This document shows, one piece after another, positions 24,808 to 31,756 of a stretch of 33,431 nt of DNA. Numbering within the stretch: position 1 is the stretch's first letter; the number at the start of each line of letters is the position of its first letter. This DNA is from a virus, in IMG/VR virus record IMGVR_UViG_3300022659_000035. One strand, 5' to 3'. The notes under the pieces are model-generated. The model searched no databases, was not told where the DNA came from, and was given only the letters and a program-made list of their open reading frames with translations. A program made the position numbers and the translations under genes.

Positions 24808-25008
24808 TCAGGCCTTGGCGGGCTTTCGGCTGCGGCTCACGGACTTCAGCAGCTCGGCCAGCTTCAGGCCGTCGTCTGCGCCCGTAGGCACTTCGCCAGA
24901 CTCCCAGCGGGAGATGCGCGGTTGAGGGATACCGGTGCGTCTGGAAATTTCAGACTGCGACATGGGAAGCGCGCGGAGGCGCTTGATAAGGTCGGTGACT
25001 TGGCTCAT
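24808..25008 (-). CDS. cro: Cro-like HTH repressor
   Basis: ATG at 25008. The protein is MSQVTDLIKRLRALPMSQSEISRRTGIPQPRISRWESGEVP. It is divergent from the CI-like gene, and I reject the track's long N-terminal extension. Confidence 0.75.
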   Translation of the reverse strand: MSQVTDLIKRLRALPMSQSEISRRTGIPQPRISRWESGEVPTGADDGLKLAELLKSVSRSRKPAKA

Positions 25009-25080
25009 GCGGGCGAGTTTATGCGGTTCCGTATAACTTGGCAAGTCCCTACCGCATGATGGCTTTGGCATAGTCACAAC
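25009..25080. promoter_or_regulatory. Divergent immunity control region (OR-like)
   Basis: The operator palindrome TTATGCG-GTTC-CGTATAA is at 25019-25036. On the minus strand, TTGCCA (25044-25039), 17 nt, then TAAACT (25021-25016) lies 7 nt before the cro ATG. On the plus strand, CATAGT (25069-25074) lies 6 nt before the cI ATG. Neither gene has a Shine-Dalgarno sequence. Confidence 0.6.
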
Positions 25081-25836
25081 ATGAATACCCGCGCTCTGCT
25101 CAAGGCCCTGATGGACCGCGCCGGCGACAACCCGAACTCGCTGGCAGCCAAACTCAACCAGGCCACAAAGCAGCCCCAAATCCACCGATTCATCACCGGC
25201 GAGGCCAAAGAGCCGCGGCGCAGCACGCTCCAGCCGGTGGCCGACCACTACAAGGTCAACATCGAAGCCTTCTACGACGAGGAACTGGCACGCGAACTGC
25301 TTGATATGATCGAGCAGGGTAAACCTTTACCCACCTTCGCGCGGGCCACCGCGCCATCACCTCTCGCGCGCTTCGGGCCCCCTGTGGCCACATTTGGGGT
25401 GGCCGGCGCTTTTGTCAGCAATCCAAGCACCTCCAAAAAGGTGTGGGTCGTAGGGAAGGGCCAAGGCGGCATGCCTGAAAGAATCTGGACGGATGGGGAC
25501 CACCCCGTAGGAATCACCGACGAGTTTGCAGAGGTGCACAGCACCGACCCGCACGCCTTCCTGGTACGTGTGGAGGGCTCCAGCATGTACCCCAAGTTTG
25601 AGGACGGCAACTTCGTCCTGGTCGAGCCGGGCACCGAGCCCGAGCTGGAGGACTGCGTGTTGGTGCGCCTCAACTCAGGCCACACCCTCATCAAGCGCCT
25701 GCTGTCACGGCGCCACGGGTATCGGCTGGGCAGCTTCAACGATCCGCAGGTGCTGGAGTACCCGCGCGAGGACGTGACCTGGTGCTACTACGTGGCCCAC
25801 GAAGTGCCGCGCCGCAAGATAAAGAGTCGCCACTGA
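25081..25836 (+). CDS. cI: CI/LexA-type repressor (N-terminal HTH plus C-terminal S24 autopeptidase)
   Basis: 251 aa. HTH region NSLAAKLNQATKQPQIHRFITGE. S24 motifs VEGSSMYP (Ser) and LIKRL (Lys). Confidence 0.85.
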   Translation: MNTRALLKALMDRAGDNPNSLAAKLNQATKQPQIHRFITGEAKEPRRSTLQPVADHYKVNIEAFYDEELARELLDMIEQGKPLPTFARATAPSPLARFGPPVATFGVAGAFVSNPSTSKKVWVVGKGQGGMPERIWTDGDHPVGITDEFAEVHSTDPHAFLVRVEGSSMYPKFEDGNFVLVEPGTEPELEDCVLVRLNSGHTLIKRLLSRRHGYRLGSFNDPQVLEYPREDVTWCYYVAHEVPRRKIKSRH

Positions 25837-25853
25837 AGGCAAAAAGGGAGAAC

Positions 25854-26092
25854 ATGAAAAACACATCGCACTGCTTTTCGCGCTGATCCCTCTGGTGGTG
25901 CAAGCCGGGTTCGGCGGCATGGGCAACGTGGAGTACGACGGCGCCAGCGCATCCACCGGCGGCGGCATCTTCTTCGTACTCCTGGGTGCAGCGGCCGGCT
26001 TCATTTGGTCCGAATTCAAGGGATACCAGGCCGGGTTCGGCATCACCGTCGGCGCCGTGCTGGGCGTCATCGCACAGATTCTGTTGACCTGA
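25854..26092 (+). CDS. Small Gly-rich membrane protein (GlsB/YeaQ/YmgE-like), a moron downstream of cI; apparent 1-nt frameshift in an A5 run
   Basis: GGGAGA RBS, then ATG at 25854. With A5 (25857-25861) read as A6, the protein becomes MKKHIALLFALIPLVVQAGFGGMGNVEYDG...GFGITVGAVLGVIAQILLT. As sequenced, only the GTG ORF 25895..26092 is open. Confidence 0.55.
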
Positions 26093-26093
26093 C

Positions 26094-26180
26094 GTGTTCA
26101 TCCAATTAGGGCACATCGTCGTCTGGTTGCTGGCCATCGCGGCGGCGGCCGACTTGCTGGCTTGGGTTGGGCGCTTCTAG
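26094..26180 (+). CDS. Possible 28-aa hydrophobic peptide
   Basis: A GTG at 26094, 1 nt after the upstream stop, gives (M)FIQLGHIVVWLLAIAAAADLLAWVGRF. GC3 is high. There is no RBS. Confidence 0.3.
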   Translation: MFIQLGHIVVWLLAIAAAADLLAWVGRF

Positions 26181-26203
26181 CCCCGCACAGCCGCCACACA
26201 CCA

Positions 26204-26224
26204 CCCGCCTCGGCGGGTTTTTTC
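26204..26224 (+). terminator. Intrinsic terminator ending the cI-moron transcript
   Basis: CCCGCC-TC-GGCGGG, followed by seven T (26218-26224). Confidence 0.7.
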
Positions 26225-26242
26225 TTGGCCGGAACGCACTAC

Positions 26243-26316
26243 GTATGCGACTACGTAGTTTTTTCCGACTTTTTATGCGTTTACGTATTGACTTGTTTTA
26301 TACGGCTTCGCATAAT
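26243..26316 (+). promoter_or_regulatory. PL-type early-left promoter with three operators
   Basis: TTGACT (26288-26293), 17 nt, then CATAAT (26311-26316). OL1 is TTATACG-GCTT-CGCATAA (26298-26315). OL2 is TTATGCG-TTTA-CGTATTG (26273-26290). OL3 is GTATGCG-ACTA-CGTAGTT (26243-26260). All follow the same consensus as the site at 25019-25036. Confidence 0.7.
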
Positions 26317-26322
26317 TCACCC

Positions 26323-26418
26323 ATGCCGCAGCGAAAAGCATCAGACGGCAGCAAGGCGAAGGCAGAGGCGCGAAGGCATACCGTAGCGCAGTGGGTAGTC
26401 CAATCTCCACCACTCTGA
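26323..26418 (+). CDS. Short arginine-rich ORF with no 5' leader (31 aa as sequenced, 86 aa if fused to 26391..26582 by a 1-nt correction); candidate N-like protein
   Basis: The ATG is 6 nt after the -10 hexamer. The protein is MPQRKASDGSKAKAEARRHTVAQWVVQSPPL. The downstream ORF in the adjacent frame is basic and low-complexity. GC3 is only moderate. Confidence 0.35.
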   Translation: MPQRKASDGSKAKAEARRHTVAQWVVQSPPL

Positions 26419-26656
26419 AGGCCCCAGGGACAGCGCCAGCACAAACGGGCGTCACAAAGTACGTGTTGAGGCATTCCGGGATGCCAAGAACAGCAAAGCC
26501 CGACCGGCATTCGCAAGAGTGCCACCAATCAAGCCGCCTCAAGCGGCGAGACGGTTTGATTGGTAGCCGCGCCACGGGTTAGCGCCGTGGTCTCCTTTGG
26601 TTGTTGACATTGCACACGCTGCTTCATGCGAGCGGCTGCCAATCCTTACCTCCCTG

Positions 26657-26715
26657 CCCGGCCCAAAAGCCGGGGTTTTCGCCCCCAGCGCCCTCACAGC
26701 CTGGGGGCTTTTTTT
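26657..26715 (+). terminator. Tandem intrinsic terminators directly before the first early-left gene
   Basis: The first, CCCGGC-CCAAAA-GCCGGG plus GTTTT (26657-26679), is weak. The second, GCCCCCAG-12 nt-CTGGGGGC plus seven T (26681-26715), is strong. A GGAG RBS follows at 26716. Confidence 0.7.
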
Positions 26716-26725
26716 GGAGCGCAGC

Positions 26726-27043
26726 ATGAACTACGCAGCAATGCCCGGCTTTGGCGATCCCGCCACCTGGGGCGGCCGCAGCCCCAGCGCCAGCAGCCCG
26801 CACGACTACGAAGGCCCGGTGTTTTTCCCCATGACCATCGGCATGGCCGGCGCCCGGGTCATCGTCATGGGCCGAACCAACGGCTACGAGCTGGACTACA
26901 TCGACGAAGTGATGTTCGATGGAATGAACATCCTGCCCGCCCTCGACTCCTGCCAGCACATCGACATCCGTAACCACTACGAACGCCACTCAGCACAGAT
27001 CAACCGGGCCGCCATGCAGCCCTCGACGGAGTACGACGCATGA
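26726..27043 (+). CDS. Hypothetical early-left protein
   Basis: ATG at 26726 with GGAG 6 nt upstream. The protein begins MNYAAMPGFGDPATWGGRSPSASSPHDYEGPVFFPM. Confidence 0.65.
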   Translation: MNYAAMPGFGDPATWGGRSPSASSPHDYEGPVFFPMTIGMAGARVIVMGRTNGYELDYIDEVMFDGMNILPALDSCQHIDIRNHYERHSAQINRAAMQPSTEYDA

Positions 27044-27306
27044 CCGCCCACCGACTCATCAACCTGGCCCTGCTGGCGTTTCTCACAGTCGCGCTCGGCG
27101 CCAGCTACCTGCTGGACGAACCGCAGCCCTACACCGCCGCCCAGGCCGACGCCATCAAGGCCGCCAAGGCCGAAGCCCGCCGCGAGGCCGGCGCCCGTGA
27201 CCTCTGCAAGGAGCTGCACGGCCCCCAGGCCGCGCATTTATGGGACGCCTCCGGCTCCCTGGTCTGCATCAGTCGTCGCGGCGAGGTCGTCGCGGTCAAT
27301 CAATGA
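27040..27306 (+). CDS. Small protein with an N-terminal TM or signal anchor
   Basis: 88 aa (MTAHRLINLALLAFLTVALGASYLL). ATGA overlap with the upstream gene. Confidence 0.6.
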   Translation: MTAHRLINLALLAFLTVALGASYLLDEPQPYTAAQADAIKAAKAEARREAGARDLCKELHGPQAAHLWDASGSLVCISRRGEVVAVNQ

Positions 27307-28070
27307 AGGAAACCGAAATGAGCAACATCATCCCCTTCCAAGACGTTCAAGGCATGGCCCAAGCCATCGCTAAGTCCGGCCTGTTCGGCATGAAGACGCC
27401 AGACCAAGCCCTGGCCCTGATGCTTGTCGCCCAAGCCGAAGGACAGCACCCTGCCACCATCACCCAGGATTACGACATCATCCAGGGCAAGGCTGCGCGC
27501 AAGACCCACAGTGTCCTGGCCCGGTTTCAGCAAATGGGCGGCACGGTCGAATGGCACGAACTGTCCGACACCATTGCCGACGCCAGCTTCGCGCACAAAG
27601 CGGGCGGCAAGCTGCGCATCCAGTGGACCTTTGAGCAGGCCAAGAAAGCTGGCCTGACGGGCAAAGACAACTGGAAGAACTACCCTCGCGCCATGCTGCG
27701 CGCCCGGTGCATTGCCGAGGGCATCCGCGCGGTGTACCCCGCCGCGCTGGGCGGGATGATGGTCAGCGAGGAAGCGCAAGACCTGCCGCACCACGACGCG
27801 CCACCCAAGCAGATCGACCCGGCCACCGGTGAAATCCAACAGGCGCAGACCTCCCGCCCCGCCCTGGAGTCCTACCCCGCTGATCGCTTTGAAGCCAACC
27901 TGCCCAAATGGCAAGGGCTTGTGGAGTCTGGCCAGAAAACGCCGGCCGACATCGAGGCGATGTTGAGCAGCAAGGCCGCGCTCAGCGAAGAGCAGCGCCG
28001 CGCCATTCGCAACCTGGGCGTCATCGACGTGCCCAGCGAAACCGATCAATTCGTTCAAGACATGGAGTAA
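27303..28070 (+). CDS. recT: RecT/Red-beta-superfamily single-strand annealing protein
   Basis: AIAKSGLFGMKTPDQALALMLVAQAEGQHPATITQDYDIIQGK, plus KAGLTGKDNWKNYPRAMLRARCIAEGIRAVYP. It is paired with a YqaJ exonuclease. An alternative start is at 27318. Confidence 0.65.
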   Translation: MKETEMSNIIPFQDVQGMAQAIAKSGLFGMKTPDQALALMLVAQAEGQHPATITQDYDIIQGKAARKTHSVLARFQQMGGTVEWHELSDTIADASFAHKAGGKLRIQWTFEQAKKAGLTGKDNWKNYPRAMLRARCIAEGIRAVYPAALGGMMVSEEAQDLPHHDAPPKQIDPATGEIQQAQTSRPALESYPADRFEANLPKWQGLVESGQKTPADIEAMLSSKAALSEEQRRAIRNLGVIDVPSETDQFVQDME

Positions 28071-28073
28071 GCC

Positions 28074-29477
28074 ATGAAGGTTCACAACGTCATCCAAGGT
28101 TCGCCCGAGTGGCTGCAACTGCGCGCCACCGCATTCACCGCCAGCGAGGCGCCGGCCATGATGGGGTGCAGCCCCTACATGACCCGCACCGAACTGCTGC
28201 ACCAGAAACACACCGGCCTGGCGCCCGAAGTCCCAGCCGCCACGCAGCGCCTGTTCGATAACGGCCACGCCACCGAGGCGCAATTCCGCCCGATCGCCGA
28301 GGACATCATCGGCGACGACCTGTATCCGGTGACAGGCTCCATCGAACTGGACGGCATGCTGCTGCTGGCCAGCTTCGACGGCTTGACGATGGACTACTCC
28401 ATCGGTTTCGAGCACAAGCTCTGGAGCGAAACCAATGCCGCCGTCATCGAGATGGAAGGCGAGCCGCCTATCTACCACTGCTGGCAGATGGAGCACCAGA
28501 TGCTGGTGTCCGGGGCAGAGCACATCCTGTTCGCCACGAGCGACGGCACGGCCGAGAAATCCCTGGTGTGCCGCTACTTCAGCAAGCCCGAGCGCCGCGC
28601 CGCGCTGATCGCTGGCTGGAAACAGTTTGCCGCCGACCTGGCCGCCTACGTGCCCAGCACTGTGGCCGAGGCAAAGCCCACCGGCAAGGCGCCCGACACC
28701 CTGCCCGCCCTGCGCATCGAAGTCACCGGCATGGTGACGGCATCGAACCTGGCCGAGTTCAAGGAAACCGCCCTGACGGCCATCCGGGGCGTCAACCGCG
28801 ATCTGACGACCGACCAGGACTTTGCCGACGCCGAGCAATCGGTGAAGTGGTGCGAAGAGGTGGAATCGCGCCTGAAAGCCGCCAAGGAACACGCCCTGTC
28901 CCAGACGGCCAGCATCGACCAGTTGTTTAAGACCATTGACGACATCAGCGCCGAGGCTCGCAAGGTTCGGCTGGAGCTGGACAAACTGGTCAAGGCCCGC
29001 AAGGAAGAGTTGCGCAACCAGATCGTTGCCGCGGCACAGTCGGCACTGCGGGCGCACGCCCTCAAGCTGTCGGCCCGCATCGGCATGACGCTGCCCAATG
29101 TGATCGGCGCCGACTTTGCAGGCGCCATCAAAGGCAAGCGCAGCCTGGCCAGCATCCAGGACGCGGTGGACACCGAACTGGCTCGGGCAAAGATCGCCGC
29201 CAACGAGCTGGCCGACTTGATGGAGGCCAACATCAAGACGCTGCGCGGCGAGGCGCACGACTGGGGTTTCCTGTTCCCTGACCTGGCGTATGTGGCCGGT
29301 AAGCCTTCCGAGGACTTTGCCAACCTACTGGCCGCGCGCATTGCTGCGCACAAGCAGGCGGAAGAGCAGCGCCGGCAGCGCGAAGAGCAGGCCGAAGCCG
29401 CGCGGAAAGCCCGCGAGGCCGAAGCCGCAGCCAAGGCGCCCAGGTGGTGGAGAAGGCAGCAACCGCCGCTCCGGTAG
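28074..29477 (+). CDS. YqaJ-type (PD-(D/E)XK) recombination exonuclease with a long coiled-coil C-terminal extension; the reading frame is broken near 29439
   Basis: The N-terminus is MKVHNVIQGSPEWLQLRATAFTASEAPAMMGCSPYMTRTEL, with ..FDGL..EHK... The remaining ~270 aa are helical and Ala/Glu/Lys-rich. The last 11 aa (RWWRRQQPPLR) look out of frame. Confidence 0.75.
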   Translation: MKVHNVIQGSPEWLQLRATAFTASEAPAMMGCSPYMTRTELLHQKHTGLAPEVPAATQRLFDNGHATEAQFRPIAEDIIGDDLYPVTGSIELDGMLLLASFDGLTMDYSIGFEHKLWSETNAAVIEMEGEPPIYHCWQMEHQMLVSGAEHILFATSDGTAEKSLVCRYFSKPERRAALIAGWKQFAADLAAYVPSTVAEAKPTGKAPDTLPALRIEVTGMVTASNLAEFKETALTAIRGVNRDLTTDQDFADAEQSVKWCEEVESRLKAAKEHALSQTASIDQLFKTIDDISAEARKVRLELDKLVKARKEELRNQIVAAAQSALRAHALKLSARIGMTLPNVIGADFAGAIKGKRSLASIQDAVDTELARAKIAANELADLMEANIKTLRGEAHDWGFLFPDLAYVAGKPSEDFANLLAARIAAHKQAEEQRRQREEQAEAARKAREAEAAAKAPRWWRRQQPPLR

Positions 29478-29704
29478 TAGCTGCACCGGCTCCGGTGGTG
29501 GTGGGCGAGGCAGTCGCCACGATCAAGCTGGGCCAGATCAACGAGCGCCTGTCGCCCATCCAGATCACCGCCGCCGGCCTGGCCGAGCTGGGCTTCCAGC
29601 CGGTGGGCAAGGAAAAGGCCGCGGTGCTCTACGCCGAAAGCCAGTTCCCGCGCATCTGTGTGGCACTCATCAACCACATTCAGGGCGCCGTAGCCCTGGC
29701 CTGA
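29444..29704 (+). CDS. Probable C-terminal continuation of the exonuclease ORF after a 1-nt frameshift
   Basis: Reading CCC 29439-29441 as CCCC gives ..AAAKAPQVVEKAATAAPVVAAPAPVVVGEAVATIKLGQINERLSPIQITAAGLAELGF.. in one frame, ending at 29704. Confidence 0.55.
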   Translation: MVEKAATAAPVVAAPAPVVVGEAVATIKLGQINERLSPIQITAAGLAELGFQPVGKEKAAVLYAESQFPRICVALINHIQGAVALA

Positions 29705-29880
29705 CCCAACACACAGCGGGGGAGCCATTACCCGAGCCGAGCAACGGTCACTTGGCAAAAAGCAGATATGGCGAACCACCAGCGCCCGCGCGTGAGTTCA
29801 CGCCGGTGGGTAGCGACAGGGGGCGGCTCCTGAAATAGACGGCCCTCAATAACTGAACGACCACCCCATTCAACCCCCCT

Positions 29881-29903
29881 GGCCCGCCACCGAGCGGGCT
29901 TTT
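29881..29903 (+). terminator. Possible intrinsic terminator
   Basis: GCCCGC-CACCGA-GCGGGC followed by TTTTC. There are only four T. Confidence 0.4.
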
Positions 29904-29910
29904 CACGCCC

Positions 29911-30088
29911 ATGAAAAAGAAAACACCTACATCCCCGAGCCTTGGACCAACGAAACCGCCCGCCCCGAAGGCGAGCACCTAAACGCTACGGCAGCCTGCA
30001 GGCAGACGGCACCGTCAAGCCCTACCGGGCACCCGTGCACGGCTGCGTCGGGCAGCTGGCCGACAAGCGTGGGAATGCGAGGGACTGA
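29911..30088 (+). CDS. Possible 59-aa protein, recoverable only with two A-run corrections
   Basis: ATG at 29911. Reading A5 (29914-29918) as A6 and A3 (29981-29983) as A4 gives MKKENTYIPEPWTNETARPEGEHLKRYGSLQADGTVKPYRAPVHGCVGQLADKRGNARD. The 29984-30088 segment has about 90% GC3 in that frame. There is no RBS. Confidence 0.35.
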
Positions 30089-30092
30089 AACT

Positions 30093-30371
30093 ATGGCCCA
30101 TTTATCCGAAGTAGCGATGCCGACGCGAATGAGCCGGCAGGAATATGAACAGCGCAGCACTGAGTTTCAACCTCGCGGCCAAGACCTGCCGCAGGCCAAG
30201 CTGATGGACCTGGACGTAATCGACATCCGCAGCGCCGCCCGCCAACGCGCCGCCCTGCTCAAGCACATCCGCGAAAACCTCAGTAACGCCGCGCTCTGCC
30301 AGCGTTACGGCATCCACCGCCGCAACCTGGAAAAGATCCTCAGCAGAGAAACGTGGAGTCACCTGCCATGA
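30093..30371 (+). CDS. Small HTH DNA-binding protein
   Basis: ATG at 30093 with GAGGGA 8 nt upstream. The protein contains AKLMDLDVIDIRSAARQRAALLKHIRENLSNAALCQRYGIHRRNLEKILSRETWSH. Alternative starts are at 30069, 30075 and 30117. Confidence 0.65.
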   Translation: MAHLSEVAMPTRMSRQEYEQRSTEFQPRGQDLPQAKLMDLDVIDIRSAARQRAALLKHIRENLSNAALCQRYGIHRRNLEKILSRETWSHLP

Positions 30372-31756
30372 ACGATTACAGCGAATTTGTCCGCACCAAA
30401 CTGATGGCCGTGCCGCCCGTTGGCATTACCAAAGACGTGCCGCTAATAGAGGGCCTGTTCCCGCATCAGGTAGCTTTGGTCAAATGGGCACTGCGCCGCG
30501 GCCGATCCGCCATCTTTGCCGATACTGGCCTGGGCAAAACCCGCATGCAGGTCGCCTGGGCCGATGTGGTGCAGCGTGAAACCGGGGGCGACGTTCTGAT
30601 ACTGGCACCTCTGGCGGTGGCCCAGCAGACGGTCGAGGAAGCCGCAGCGGTCGGGGTGAAGATCACCCATGCACACGAAGCTGAAGATGTGCGACCAGGC
30701 ATCAACATCACCAACTACGACCGCTTGCACAAGTTCGAAGCCAGCCGGTTCGTTGGGGTTGTATTGGATGAATCCAGCGTCATCAAACACCACACCAGCA
30801 AAACCTTACAGGCCTTGCTTGACGCCTTCCGTCTTACGCCTTACCGGCTGTGTGCCACCGCCACCCCAGCCCCGAACGACTGGACAGAACTTGGCACCCA
30901 TGCTGAGTTTTTAGGAATCCGCACCCGCGCCGAAATGCTGGCCGAGTTCTTTGTGCATGACGGCGGCGACACCCAGACATGGCGCATTAAAGGCCATGCC
31001 CGCCAAATCTTCTGGCGCTGGGTGGCCAGTTGGGGGGTGATGTTACGAAGCCCTGCTGATCTGGGCTATGACGCATCGGCCTACAACCTGCCGCCCTTGC
31101 AGGTACACCAGCACACTGTCGAATCGGACCACGACCAGCAGGAAACCGGGTTTCTATTCGCCATGGAAGCCACCGACCTGATGGAGCGCCGAAACGCTCG
31201 CAAAAACAGCCTAGAGCAGCGCGTCAAAGCCTGCGCTGAACTGGTCAACGCAAGTGATGAACCTTGGGTAATTTGGTGTGACCTGAACGCTGAAGGCGAT
31301 GCACTGCGAGCAGCCATACCCGATGCGGTGGAGATACGCGGCGCAGACGACGAAGCCACCAAGGAGCAACGCCTGCACGACTTTGCCCACGGGAAGATCC
31401 GCGTGCTGGTCACCAAGGCATCCATCGCCGGATGGGGTCTGAACTGGCAGCACTGCCGCAACGTCGCATTCGTTGGGGTGACGGATTCCTGGGAGGCGTA
31501 TTACCAGGCTGTGCGCCGGTGCTACCGCTTCGGCCAAAAGCGCGATGTGCATGTCCACATATTCGCCAGTGAGCAGGAAGGGTCCATTGTGGCCAACCTC
31601 AAGCGCAAAGAGCAAGACGCCAAACAAATGGCCGAAGCACTGGCCACCGAAGTGCTGGATTCCGTCAAGTCCGAACTGTTCGGGCAGACCCGAGAGAGCA
31701 ACGAATACCAACCCAGGCAGGCCATCAACCTGCCGTCATTTTTGAGGCAAGCATGA
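30368..31756 (+). CDS. SNF2/DEAD-like superfamily-2 helicase
   Basis: ATG at 30368 (ATGA overlap). Motif I ADTGLGKT, motif II VLDESSVIK, and helicase-C motifs GLNWQHC and RCYRFGQKRDVHV. Confidence 0.8.
   Translation: MNDYSEFVRTKLMAVPPVGITKDVPLIEGLFPHQVALVKWALRRGRSAIFADTGLGKTRMQVAWADVVQRETGGDVLILAPLAVAQQTVEEAAAVGVKITHAHEAEDVRPGINITNYDRLHKFEASRFVGVVLDESSVIKHHTSKTLQALLDAFRLTPYRLCATATPAPNDWTELGTHAEFLGIRTRAEMLAEFFVHDGGDTQTWRIKGHARQIFWRWVASWGVMLRSPADLGYDASAYNLPPLQVHQHTVESDHDQQETGFLFAMEATDLMERRNARKNSLEQRVKACAELVNASDEPWVIWCDLNAEGDALRAAIPDAVEIRGADDEATKEQRLHDFAHGKIRVLVTKASIAGWGLNWQHCRNVAFVGVTDSWEAYYQAVRRCYRFGQKRDVHVHIFASEQEGSIVANLKRKEQDAKQMAEALATEVLDSVKSELFGQTRESNEYQPRQAINLPSFLRQA

Larger units (their letters stand above)
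26317..26715 (+). other. Roughly 400-nt structured early-left leader or candidate RNA element
   Basis: Hairpin GGCAT/ATGCC at 26470-26485. Nested stems CCAATCAA (26525-26532)/TTGATTGG (26556-26563) enclose GCCGC-CTCAA-GCGGC (26533-26547). Hairpin CCACGG/CCGTGG at 26572-26590. Two terminator hairpins follow. Confidence 0.5.

Noticed and set aside
27300-29258. 652-aa ORF on the minus strand
   Set aside because: It lies antisense to the RecT-like and YqaJ genes, which carry clear family motifs. Its composition is typical of a GC-rich shadow frame.
29705-29880. Possible small genes or a tRNA in the gap after the exonuclease ORF
   Set aside because: Only a 21-aa ATG ORF without an RBS is present. 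The hairpin GCGTG-AGTT-CACGC does not fit a tRNA arm. I leave the gap unannotated.
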